NCBI GenBank assembly: GCA_963665115.1
Contig: OY762007.1
Coordinates: 5,760,001-5,824,000 of the forward strand
DNA length: 64,000 bases
Source of the DNA: an uncultured Rivularia sp.
GTDB taxonomy: Bacteria; Cyanobacteriota; Cyanobacteriia; Cyanobacteriales; Nostocaceae
Direction of reading: 5' to 3'
The notes beneath the pieces are model-generated. The model did not search any database. It had not been told where the DNA came from and worked only from the letters and a program-made list of their open reading frames with translations. The stretch's first letter is position 1. Every line of letters starts with the position of its first letter. Made by a program: the position numbers and the translations under genes. Positions 22,132 to 31,785 of the stretch are shown here, piece by piece.

Positions 22132-22776
22132 TCACTGTTCGCTGGTTACTGTTCTCTGCTCGCTTACTCTACGTAAAACACCATTAATAAATCGATGCCC
22201 TTCTTCTCCACTGTAACGTTTGGCGAGTTCTACAGCTTCGTTGATTGCTATTCTTGAAGGAATGTCAAAAAACTCCATATCTACTACAGCTATACGGAGA
22301 ATGTCTCTGTCAATCTGAGCAAGCCGCTTGACTTGCCAATCTACTAAAGCAGTAGATATTATTTCATCTATAACTTCACCTTGTAAGGTAATTTTTTTGA
22401 TCAGATTGATCGCGTAATCATTTATTTCTTTGTATTCGCTGTTGGTTTCCTGACTCAGTTCGAGAAAATCCAACGTATAAGCCAATTTGTTAATTGCTGT
22501 ACGAGTATGTTCAATTGCTTCTTTAAGCATTGTTCTAGAAGTTTTTAAGTCCACAGCGCGAGTTTCGCTAGTTAAAAGACGGTCGTTACTGTGTTTTAAT
22601 TCGTCAGAAGCATTTTCTAAGCTATCTTTTATCTCGCTTCTTAGAGTACGTATTGCTCCAAGCACTAATTCCGGAAGTTGATCTTCTGTTAACTTTTTGG
22701 GACTTACAGGTAACTGAGAAAGGCTTAATAAAGCTAGTTCGCGAGCAATCTGACGAGGTTTACGGTGGTCTTGCAT
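22132..22776 (-). CDS. nusB: Transcription antitermination factor NusB
   Basis: 'RQIARELAL', 'DRDILR', '[12 protein letters not shown]', 'FINGVL'; start at MQDH inferred. Confidence 0.95.
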   Translation of the reverse strand: MQDHRKPRQIARELALLSLSQLPVSPKKLTEDQLPELVLGAIRTLRSEIKDSLENASDELKHSNDRLLTSETRAVDLKTSRTMLKEAIEHTRTAINKLAYTLDFLELSQETNSEYKEINDYAINLIKKITLQGEVIDEIISTALVDWQVKRLAQIDRDILRIAVVDMEFFDIPSRIAINEAVELAKRYSGEEGHRFINGVLRRVSEQRTVTSEQ

Positions 22777-22998
22777 AGCAATATCAATATAATTCGTAAT
22801 GTAGCGGATATGTCCTCCAGAAACGATGAACCGCATTTTACGGTTATCGTTGACGCAAACCTAATTATGGGTAAAACAAAGGAAAATGTTTTTTGATAAA
22901 TTAGCTGTTTGCGCCTTTCTAGAATTAATTTGCCATAAAAATTAATCAGTACTGCTCAAAATACCACGCAACCGGGCACTGCGAGACAATATTAAACA

Positions 22999-23817
22999 TT
23001 AAGCTTCCTCAACGGGTATTACTTGCCGCTTTTTTTCTCGCGATTCCATTTTGCGTTCTTTAGGGATTTCTAAAGGAGGTAAAGGAGCCGCTTGAGAAAC
23101 TATGCCACCAGATATTAATATTTTGAACGCCTCTTCTATGGACATTGATAGATTAACCACGTCTTTCTCCGGAACCACTGCATACCATCCCGTAGTGGGA
23201 TTAGGAGTAGTGGGAATAAAAACGCTTAACATCGCTTCAGGCATTTTGGCTTGAATATCGCTATTGACGTTACCCGTTACAAAGGCGATCGCCCACATTC
23301 CCGCTCGCGGATACTCTACCAAAATTACGCGACGAAATTTATTATTAGTATCTTTTAATAGCGTTTCTAAAAGCTGCTTAAGGGTTTTATAAATCTGTCC
23401 GGCTAAAGGAATTGCTTGTAATAAGCGCTCTCCGAAATCAAGCAACCATTTACCCGCAATATTGCGAGCCATCAAGCCAATTAAAAGGATACTTAGTAGT
23501 GGTACCGTAAATCCCACTACAAAATTTAATACATTAATTAATAGAGGGTTTAACCCCTCAAAAGGATTGAGTTGTTTGGGTATTTGAGTAAGAAAATCAA
23601 TTACCCAAATAGCAATAGTAACTGTTAACCAAATAGTGGTTGCTAAAGGAATTATTACCAGCAAACCAGCAATTAGGTCATTTTTTAGGTCTTGCTTCCA
23701 GCGTTCGTAGCCCAAGCCCTTATTCTCCTTAATACGGCTATTGGAATTTCTGTTATTAACATTCATACCAACTTGCTTCGTCCAATTGCTCTGAGTATTT
23801 GCTTTTTTTAGCTGCAC
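22999..23817 (-). CDS. DUF502 membrane protein
   Basis: 'VFIPTTPNPTTGW'; usual neighbour of nusB. The true start may be downstream, near 23766. Confidence 0.9.
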   Translation of the reverse strand: MQLKKANTQSNWTKQVGMNVNNRNSNSRIKENKGLGYERWKQDLKNDLIAGLLVIIPLATTIWLTVTIAIWVIDFLTQIPKQLNPFEGLNPLLINVLNFVVGFTVPLLSILLIGLMARNIAGKWLLDFGERLLQAIPLAGQIYKTLKQLLETLLKDTNNKFRRVILVEYPRAGMWAIAFVTGNVNSDIQAKMPEAMLSVFIPTTPNPTTGWYAVVPEKDVVNLSMSIEEAFKILISGGIVSQAAPLPPLEIPKERKMESREKKRQVIPVEEA

Positions 23818-24401
23818 ACCCGTTTTCGGCTGCTTGCCTAACTGCCTGTATTATCAATACAAGAATATTGGCAATGAATCATGGACTTGATAATTATATT
23901 GCCTCTCTACACCATAAAATTACAGCCATTGCCTTTGATTAGACAAAAAAAGATTAAATGACAAACCGCTTTCTGAATTCATGAAAACACATTTCACCAA
24001 GCTGCACCAATAAGAAGTCCTAGCAGGCGGCTAATTAATCCACCATACACCTGAATTTATTTTTAAGACTTGTAAACGAATGTTGCAACTCATAAGGCAT
24101 ATTATTAATACTACCGCGCCCTTCAAAATACTGCTTGCCACATCAGCAAAGGCAGCAAAAGCGCTTCCACACTAGTTTTATCTCGCCGAAAACTTCCCCA
24201 TCAAGACCGATGACTATTCTGAAAAAAGTCGTTAAATACATTAATTTATATTAAATGTAGCATTTTGAACAGTGAACAGTTAGGAGTTAGGAGTAGTAAG
24301 TAGCGAGTAGCGAGTAGCGAGTCAAGAGTAATAAATAGCTGGAAAATAAAACTTTTTACTCACTACTCTTTACTCTTTACTCACTACTCTAAAATTTCCC
24401 A

Positions 24402-25265
24402 TCACCCCATCTCTCTAACTGTTAACTGCTCGCTGCTCACTGCTCTAGGCGTAGGCATATGCTTCATTTCCCAGGCTTTGAGCATGATTAAGTATTCGTA
24501 GAAAGCTTGTAAGGTACACCATGTGAATCCGGCGCGTCCGTCTAAGCAGCCTCCAAGGAGGAAATACATATAAAAGAATCGTACCAAAGGTCTACCGGGT
24601 ACTCGTAATGATAAATTTTTAAGAGCGCGACGACGTTCTACTTCTGTTTTGCCAAAAAATAAATCGCGCCAGTTGACGCTTCCTTTTTCTAATTGATGCA
24701 ATGTTTCTTTCGCTTCGTCGGTGGAATAACGGTTATGCTTGTCAATCCACCGGCTCAAGCCTTTCCCAGAAGTGTAATGAGGATAAGTTTCTTTTAAAAA
24801 GCTGGTATTTCCTTCACAGACTTCTCTTTCGGTATGACCGTAATCAGTAAACCATACTTTCCCATGACGGAAAAGACGCAGTTGATAACGGGGATATTGA
24901 GTACTGTGACGAATCCAAGTGTTCATAAACATTACCCGTTCGGCTGCGTAATATCCGATATAATCTGGGCTTTTTGTTGCTTCCACACACTCAGCAAACA
25001 ACTCTGGTGTCATACGTTCATCCGCTTCGAGAATATAAACCCAGTCATACTTTGGGGATATATTTTCTAACATCCAAGTACGTTGCTTACCGTGACTTTC
25101 AAAAGCGTGTTCCACAACCCGAACCGGATATCTATTTGCGATTTCCACAGTGCGATCGCTACTTACCGAATCCACCACAATAATGTCATCCGACACCATA
25201 GCCGACTCAATACAAGCAGCAATATCCAACTCTTCATTATAGGTCAATATGTAAATAGTAATCAT
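24402..25265 (-). CDS. GT2 glycosyltransferase (HpsK-like by position)
   Basis: 'ILTYNEE', 'VVDSVSSDRT', 'EADE'; last gene of the hps cluster. Confidence 0.88.
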   Translation of the reverse strand: MITIYILTYNEELDIAACIESAMVSDDIIVVDSVSSDRTVEIANRYPVRVVEHAFESHGKQRTWMLENISPKYDWVYILEADERMTPELFAECVEATKSPDYIGYYAAERVMFMNTWIRHSTQYPRYQLRLFRHGKVWFTDYGHTEREVCEGNTSFLKETYPHYTSGKGLSRWIDKHNRYSTDEAKETLHQLEKGSVNWRDLFFGKTEVERRRALKNLSLRVPGRPLVRFFYMYFLLGGCLDGRAGFTWCTLQAFYEYLIMLKAWEMKHMPTPRAVSSEQLTVREMG

Positions 25266-25456
25266 TTAGATAGTAGTAAATATGTATAAATAATAAAAAA
25301 TTGGAAATAGGGAATAGGGAATAGGGGATTGGGCATTGGGGATCGGAATTTTGGATTTTAGATTTTGGATTATTCAGGAGTTATGAATTTTAAATTTTTA
25401 CCCCTCTACCCCCTCTACCCACTCTTCCCCCTCTCTCCCCATCCCCCGATCTCTCC

Positions 25457-26296
25457 TCAACGTGCGGTAGCTTTACGCTTCCCACCACCGCTTGTTGCAC
25501 CTTTACTTCTTAATCCAGTCCAACCGATAACTATGTAGCCAATGGAAAGCAGTAAGCTACTCATGCTAACTCGCAATCCAGACTTCCAAGCCGATTGCTT
25601 GGCTCTGTCTACAGCCGCTTCTTTGTCTCCGCGAATTTGAGCTAAGCGTTGACTTGCTATTTTTGTTGGATCGCTTTGGTCAGCAATAAATGCATCAAGG
25701 GCTTTCGGATCGGCCTTAAACTGCTTGAGTAATTCTTTTTGTGTTTCTGGAATTCTATTATTTTCTAACGCTTCCTTGTATTTTGTATCGTCTTTAAGCA
25801 AGTCAGTGAACTGAGCTTTGATTTGGGCTTTTTGTTTTTCTATCTGAGCTTTTGCTTCAGGAGTATTTAATCTCTGTTGCACCTGCTCTAGCTGACCTTG
25901 AACTTGATTTTCTGCATCCTGCGCTCTTGCAGTTACTTGTGCAATATTGCGATCGCTAATTTGTTTAACGCTGTTGAGATGCAGTGGGAAAAATAGCAAG
26001 AAAATCAGACCTAAGATACTTGACAAGATTAATGCTGGGAATCTTAAATCGACACCTGACGGACTAGAATCATCAAAACTATCAACCCAATGTCCCGCGA
26101 ATAGCATACCCATGCCTACCAAAGGCACGATTCCTCGGTCAACCGACCCGGTTATTAACCCAACTAGCCATGCATTATCAGTTGGTTTGGGGGGAAATGA
26201 AAGTATTAAAATGTCAACTATAAAGGACAAAATTAAGATTATCCCTACCACTTTCAAAGTGCGGGAAGTATTTACAGTAGCCAAACGATTAACCAT
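25457..26296 (-). CDS. hpsJ: Hormogonium polysaccharide protein HpsJ
   Basis: 'VDRGIVPLVG', TM helices around a coiled coil; hps synteny. Confidence 0.8.
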   Translation of the reverse strand: MVNRLATVNTSRTLKVVGIILILSFIVDILILSFPPKPTDNAWLVGLITGSVDRGIVPLVGMGMLFAGHWVDSFDDSSPSGVDLRFPALILSSILGLIFLLFFPLHLNSVKQISDRNIAQVTARAQDAENQVQGQLEQVQQRLNTPEAKAQIEKQKAQIKAQFTDLLKDDTKYKEALENNRIPETQKELLKQFKADPKALDAFIADQSDPTKIASQRLAQIRGDKEAAVDRAKQSAWKSGLRVSMSSLLLSIGYIVIGWTGLRSKGATSGGGKRKATAR

Positions 26297-26606
26297 CTTT
26301 TTAGTCTCGTATTCAATAAAGTACGATCGTCCTACATTAAGTTACTCGAATATTGTTGCCAATACTCTAGCTACTGTTGATAAATAAAGTAGGCTCAATA
26401 CAGGTGGAAATTTTAACACCTATGTTCGAGATTACACCACAGTAGCAAAGGTTATTTCACCTGTCTTCGGCAAATTTTCGTACAGCGAGCAGTGAGTAGT
26501 AAGTAGGAAGTAGGAAGTAGGGAGTAGGGAGTAGGGGAAAGGGGAACACACTTATTTATGTTCGCAACCGATAATTGTTAATTGTTAACTGCTCACTGTT
26601 AACTGC

Positions 26607-27239
26607 TCACTGATAACTGTTCTGCCAAATTGGTAAATCCTCCGGTCGGTCTACATCAGCTAAGGTTCGCAAAGAAGCAACGGATAAATTAAGTTGCTCC
26701 GCAATATCCACAGTTTGTTGTAATACCTTGGCGGTTCCCCAGTCTATGTTAATAAATAATTGTCCGAAGGCACGCTTTAAACCAATTAGATAATAGCCGC
26801 CATCAACAGCAGGACCGAGTAATAAGTCGCAATTCGGAATTTTTTCAAAGGCTTCTGCTAACACTTGATTATTGACACCGGGACAATCAATGCCGATGAT
26901 AACTACTTCTTGGGCACCTTGATTAAAGGCATTCAAAAAAGAGTTTTCCATACGCTTTCCTAAGTCACCATCTCCTTGAAGTTGGTAATTCAATTCTGTT
27001 CCCAACCAGTTTTGCATCAGTTGTAAATCGCCACCTGCAAACCTAATTTCAAAGGATATTGCAGCCTCCAATTGAAATTTTTTGACTTTAGATAAAGTGA
27101 ATTCCGTCATTTGTCGTTGGAGATTTGCAGCACCTTCGACTCCCAAAGCTGGTATCAATCGGGTTTTCGTTTTACCAGGTTGGGGATAGCGCGTAAAAAT
27201 AATTAAATGTTTTTTAGCAATGTTGGGTGAGCTAGCCAC
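26607..27239 (-). CDS. DUF2064/TIGR04282 glycosyltransferase-like protein (HpsI-like by position)
   Basis: 'PGKTKTRL', 'GDLGKRM', 'IGIDCP', 'GPAVDGGYYLIG', 'DVDRPEDL'. The ORF extension to 27293 overlaps a REP. Confidence 0.88.
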   Translation of the reverse strand: MASSPNIAKKHLIIFTRYPQPGKTKTRLIPALGVEGAANLQRQMTEFTLSKVKKFQLEAAISFEIRFAGGDLQLMQNWLGTELNYQLQGDGDLGKRMENSFLNAFNQGAQEVVIIGIDCPGVNNQVLAEAFEKIPNCDLLLGPAVDGGYYLIGLKRAFGQLFINIDWGTAKVLQQTVDIAEQLNLSVASLRTLADVDRPEDLPIWQNSYQ

Positions 27240-27452
27240 AGAGGATATCTTGTAGGATGTGTTAGCGACAGCGTAACGCACCATTATTAACAATGTAGAG
27301 ACGTAGCAGTGCTACGTCTCCCCGTATTTACGGTTGTATCCAGAATTTAGTAAGAGTCTAAGTATTTATGAAAAAACCGGATACAAGTAAAAAAGCCTGG
27401 ATATATAAATAGGCGGGCAGGGATGCCCACCCCACAAGATTAATGAATCATT

Positions 27453-27992
27453 TTAATAACAATAATCGCCATCTTTAGGTTTATCGCGCTCTTTTGCAGT
27501 TCGCATTGCTCCTAAAATTGTAGAAATATAGACGCACCGTTTAGCTTTACCGCCATTTTTACTAGATAAAGTGATTCTTCCTAAAGGTGGTTTTTTGACA
27601 GTACCTCTGTAATCAAACTGAATATGTCTGACGTTAGTTGATGTTCGTAAAAGCAAAGTAGTTTCTTCATCCAAAACTACGTTAGAGTCCAAACTATTCC
27701 AGTTGGCATTATTTGGGTTTACCGTCTCACGATGAACTGCCCACTGAACAATATCTTCTTTCTCGCGAAGACTGAATTGCCAAGTGGTTTTAGTTCTTTG
27801 GGCTTCTCGTTTGGCACGACGTAAAGCTAGATGAACTCGATCGGAAGCACTATTCAGCCGACGAGTATTGATAAAAGCCAGCCAAGAAGGAGCCGCAGAA
27901 GCAGATAATATACCGATAGCTGCAATAACTACCAACACTTCGAGCAAAGTAAAGCCACTGCTAGAATTATTATTCCAATGTTTATTAAACAT
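27453..27992 (-). CDS. Pseudopilin (HpsH-like by position)
   Basis: Prepilin cleavage motif G|FTLLE. Confidence 0.88.
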   Translation of the reverse strand: MFNKHWNNNSSSGFTLLEVLVVIAAIGILSASAAPSWLAFINTRRLNSASDRVHLALRRAKREAQRTKTTWQFSLREKEDIVQWAVHRETVNPNNANWNSLDSNVVLDEETTLLLRTSTNVRHIQFDYRGTVKKPPLGRITLSSKNGGKAKRCVYISTILGAMRTAKERDKPKDGDYCY

Positions 27993-28039
27993 TTAATGAT
28001 TGGATAAATGCACCACGCTGGTAGATACAGTGCTGATAA

Positions 28040-28157
28040 CTCGCCGACACCCTCAAGGGTGCGGCTACACCTACTAAGTCCGGCGGACTATAAAAAATCT
28101 TTAAGCCCACGAAGGTGGGCTTTGTAACTGTAGCCCCACCCATAAGCGGGTGAGGGC
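28040..28157. repeat. Multi-hairpin REP-like element
   Basis: Hairpins CACCCT/AGGGTG, AGTCC/GGACT and AAGCCCAC/GTGGGCTT, with GGCTACA/TGTAGCC. Related segments at 43730-43755 and 50620-50666. Confidence 0.65.
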
Positions 28158-28172
28158 TTTAGAAGATTTATG

Positions 28173-29144
28173 TTACCCTTCAATTTTATTCTTAAAATAG
28201 CCGTTTCTCCACAGATAAAAAGGGCTAATTAAACTATTCACAAATAACTGCATTTCGCAAGCTGCAACTAAATCTGTTTTAACTTTTTTACCGTGTTTAA
28301 ATAGATGAAATAAAATTTTTCGTAAGTCGTTTGCCATGTAAGCTAATATTGCTGCTGGCTTTAAATATGGTTTGATATCAACCATTCTGGTGACGTAGCG
28401 GCTTAATCCAATTCCTTTGAAGAAGGGGAATAAATATTCTTTTTGCAAGCGCCATCTGGGGATTTGATGGTAAATTTCCATTTCTGGGTTGTACCAAATT
28501 TGCCAATTTGATTGCTTGATGTAAGACAGCATTTCGGTGTCTTCGCCGGTGAGCATATTACCGTTAGCTCTGCCGGTTAAAACTAATTTTTCGGGTATGG
28601 TTTCTAACCACGCTTGTTTGCGAATAACTATTCCTGCTGAAGGGGGTAATAGTTTGCTTTTTGGTAGGTAAAGTAAGGGTATATTACCTCTTTCGGTAAT
28701 TGCTAAAAATGGCGCGATACGCTGAAAATTTTCTGGTGGCTCAACTTCCCAGTTGGCGTGGATTTGACTGGCGATCGCCCCGGCTTTAGGATATTTTTGA
28801 GCGAATTCATGAGCAGAAGCAACCCAGTTTGAGACGGGATAGTTATCGTCATCGAGGAAGCCGATAATTTCACCTTTGGCTTCAGCTACTCCTCTCTCGC
28901 GGGCATATGCTGCGCCTTGTTTGGGTTCAAAGCTGTATTTTAAAGGAAAGGGATGTTGCCAATTTTTTTGATATTGTTTTACAACATCTGCCGTGTTATC
29001 GGTGCTGTTGTTATCGACAACAATAATTTCCCAAGAGATATTTTCGGTATGCAGTTGATTTTGCAGTCTTTGTAAAACTTCGGGTAATCGAGTAGCACCG
29101 TTGTATGTCGGGATAGCTACGGTAAAGTTTATGCACTCTGTCAT
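28173..29144 (-). CDS. hpsE: Hormogonium polysaccharide glycosyltransferase HpsE (GT2)
   Basis: 'FTVAIPTYNG..RLPEVL', 'FLDDDN', 'GEDTE'; directly follows the pseudopilin genes. Confidence 0.85.
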   Translation of the reverse strand: MTECINFTVAIPTYNGATRLPEVLQRLQNQLHTENISWEIIVVDNNSTDNTADVVKQYQKNWQHPFPLKYSFEPKQGAAYARERGVAEAKGEIIGFLDDDNYPVSNWVASAHEFAQKYPKAGAIASQIHANWEVEPPENFQRIAPFLAITERGNIPLLYLPKSKLLPPSAGIVIRKQAWLETIPEKLVLTGRANGNMLTGEDTEMLSYIKQSNWQIWYNPEMEIYHQIPRWRLQKEYLFPFFKGIGLSRYVTRMVDIKPYLKPAAILAYMANDLRKILFHLFKHGKKVKTDLVAACEMQLFVNSLISPFYLWRNGYFKNKIEG

Positions 29145-29273
29145 AGCGCTTTAAGTGTTTATTTTTAAGTTATGTGTTTGATGGTAGATGAAAATAGAAA
29201 TATAAAACTGCACCCGGTGTATTAATTTTCCTCTTTTGGGTGCAGTTGTTGCGTCAGTATTTTTGTTGATTTT

Positions 29274-29960
29274 TTACCACGTGCTGTTTTTTCTATCGCA
29301 ATCCTCGTTTTTTGCAGTTCGTATTCCTCCTATGAATGTTTCTACTATGACGCAGCGTTTTACATTGGTAGGTTGCTTTTGGTTACTTCTCGAAGTCTTA
29401 GGTGTTGCTAAGACAATTTTGAAAGGTAGTTTAGCATCTCTAGGTAGAGTCCCAGCGTAATCAAATGCAATTGTTTTATAGCCAGAAAGAGATTTTACTG
29501 TATCACCGTCACCTTCATTTTTATCCTTAAGATTAGTACCTAATACAAATTGATTAGACTTTATTTCTAAATCTTCACCTACAGACTTCCAGAACTTATC
29601 ATCAACTATAGAAGGTTCAATAGAATCTCGGTGAACAACAATTTTTGTAGCTTTATCTCTACTATCAATTTTAAAACTGACGCTGTACGTAAGTTTTGTT
29701 TTTTTAGCTTGTCGTTGTGCTTCTTGCACTGCTGCAAAAACTACATCGTTAGCTTTGTTAAGTCGCTGTCTGGCAACAAAACTAAGCCAACTTGGTGCGG
29801 CTATTGCTGAAAGAATACCGACCATTACTATTACTACTAAAACTTCTATTAAGGTAAAACCAGAAGTATGTGAATATAAGTAAGAAGATATTTTTAATTT
29901 TTTACCCACTATCTCTAAAGGGTTTATTTCTGAATCTTTTCGTAAAAATTGCTTATACAT
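29274..29960 (-). CDS. Pseudopilin (HpsD-like by position)
   Basis: G|FTLIE motif; paralogous to 27453-27992 ('APSWL.F...RLN', 'KRCV'). Confidence 0.88.
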   Translation of the reverse strand: MYKQFLRKDSEINPLEIVGKKLKISSYLYSHTSGFTLIEVLVVIVMVGILSAIAAPSWLSFVARQRLNKANDVVFAAVQEAQRQAKKTKLTYSVSFKIDSRDKATKIVVHRDSIEPSIVDDKFWKSVGEDLEIKSNQFVLGTNLKDKNEGDGDTVKSLSGYKTIAFDYAGTLPRDAKLPFKIVLATPKTSRSNQKQPTNVKRCVIVETFIGGIRTAKNEDCDRKNSTW

Positions 29961-30087
29961 AGTGGGCTTCTATTAATTGTTATAAAAATTGTAATTTTAA
30001 ATAAATTGATATATTTTAGTCCAAAGCATGACCATTATTCTTTATTAAAATTTATCAAATATTTAAGCTATTTTTTTATTCAAGCTT

Positions 30088-31029
30088 TTACTTAGTAAAC
30101 AAAAATCCACGTCCTTCTACTGTTGTTGTTACTTGAGGAAAATAGCTTTTTTTATTTTCATTAAAATCAAAGTTATTGTTTTGAATACGAGCAAGAGCGT
30201 TTCCACGTATATGAACTTCTGCAACAGTATCTTTTGAATCTACACATACATAAAAACCACGTGTTTTTATATCACCAGTAGCAAGAGAATCTCCAGATCC
30301 TGAGAATTGTGGTACCAGTTGATATTCACTATTAGAGCAAGTCGGCACTTGACTATTATTAATAACTTTCGTTTGGTCGATGTAATCAACTAAAGTTAAA
30401 ACTTCTTGTGTATAAGTTTCGCCAGCCTTTTTCGTCCAATTGTTCATTTTGGTTTGAAGTTCGCCTTCGTCTTGAAGATCAAACATTTGAAAACCCTTGT
30501 CTCTAGTATCATCTATATCTTTTGAATCCTCTCCAAAGCCGTTACTAATTTGAAATCGGCCAATTCGAGCAGCATTAGACCATGTTGAATCATTGTCTTT
30601 AATTAAGTAATAGGCAACTAAAGAGTAGGCGAAGGTATCATCTACCTCACCCTTTGCAATAGTAAGCCCTTTTGGAATAAATTGCCGTTTCCAGAAGACA
30701 AGAACGGGAAAGTAATTATTTTTTTCATTGTATTTAGGCAATTGCTGTCTAATTTTCTTAATGCCATCGGCATCATATATATAAACTGACTGCTTTAAAT
30801 CTCTTGCAATATAGTCAAGTGCTGCTTTAATTTCTTGCTCTGAATTTACCTTAGCTTGTTCTCTACGGTCTGTGTCTAAAATGTTAACCATAAATCCTAG
30901 CAAAGGAGTTAGTACCAAAGCTGCTAGAATCATGGCTACCAATAATTCAATTAAGGTAAATCCACTTGATTTTCGTTTAACTGGAGAGCATTTTAGCTGC
31001 TTACTTGAAAGCCCTTTTAATGTACTCAT
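30088..31029 (-). CDS. hpsC: Pseudopilin HpsC
   Basis: G|FTLIELLVAM, 'ALDYIARDL', 'PVLVFWKR'; second pilin after hpsA. Confidence 0.82.
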   Translation of the reverse strand: MSTLKGLSSKQLKCSPVKRKSSGFTLIELLVAMILAALVLTPLLGFMVNILDTDRREQAKVNSEQEIKAALDYIARDLKQSVYIYDADGIKKIRQQLPKYNEKNNYFPVLVFWKRQFIPKGLTIAKGEVDDTFAYSLVAYYLIKDNDSTWSNAARIGRFQISNGFGEDSKDIDDTRDKGFQMFDLQDEGELQTKMNNWTKKAGETYTQEVLTLVDYIDQTKVINNSQVPTCSNSEYQLVPQFSGSGDSLATGDIKTRGFYVCVDSKDTVAEVHIRGNALARIQNNNFDFNENKKSYFPQVTTTVEGRGFLFTK

Positions 31030-31060
31030 GATGATTAATTGTTGCCTTACAGTTCAAGAT

Positions 31061-31732
31061 TTAGCAGGACGATTGGGTATTATCTGAAATATTTTGGGGT
31101 TTTAGCCGATCGCATAAATCACTAAATGAAGTATCTTCATTTGATATTTCTGTTGTGATTTCAAATAATGGTGTTTTGCGACCGCCAACCCCCCCCGTAA
31201 ACGTATTTTGTCTAATTGGTGCTTTTTTTAGATTTCCACCGTTACTAGCAAATCCATCTGCTCTATAAACGCGCACACCCAATTGATAGCCTTTCTCAGC
31301 ATCAGAGGAAGCTTTGTTATAACGAAATGCTTGGATTACAAAATCTTTACTGCTGGTTTTAGTACAGCCACCCCCATCACCATCCACGCAGTATAGATTA
31401 GTTACAGGTCGCGTACAGTAATCATTGGATTTTGTGCAGGTTAAACTGCCTACAGAAGGAGGATTGTAGCTTCCGATATTTTGATTAGTGCCAGTAATTG
31501 GGGAAGGTGGAGGGTCAATTTTTTTTGACTTAATACCATCTATGTATGCTGTAGCTGCATCTGTAGCTAATTCAACACGTCTTGACTGCACCCGCGTTGC
31601 TACGGATAGGACAATTACAGGTGAGATTGCAGTCATTAAAATAGCCACGACAATGACAGCTACTAATGACTCGATGATGGTAAAACCCGATTGATTGGAT
31701 GGGGATGCTTGCAGTTTTTTGTAGTTAATCAT
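31061..31732 (-). CDS. hpsB: Pseudopilin HpsB
   Basis: G|FTIIESLVA, 'SVATRVQSRRVELA', 'LGVRVYRA'; first pilin after hpsA. Confidence 0.82.
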   Translation of the reverse strand: MINYKKLQASPSNQSGFTIIESLVAVIVVAILMTAISPVIVLSVATRVQSRRVELATDAATAYIDGIKSKKIDPPPSPITGTNQNIGSYNPPSVGSLTCTKSNDYCTRPVTNLYCVDGDGGGCTKTSSKDFVIQAFRYNKASSDAEKGYQLGVRVYRADGFASNGGNLKKAPIRQNTFTGGVGGRKTPLFEITTEISNEDTSFSDLCDRLKPQNISDNTQSSC

Positions 31733-31785
31733 ATCTAAGCAACTAAATAACGTTGGCTTTTTGGTTCAAATCTAATTCAAAATAA

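Noticed and set aside
23820..24400. Long intergenic region as a possible ncRNA or riboswitch (also 2841-3800, 19631-20127 and 63078-63665)
   Set aside because: No RNA family motif or convincing structure recognised by eye; an Rfam/Infernal scan would be needed.
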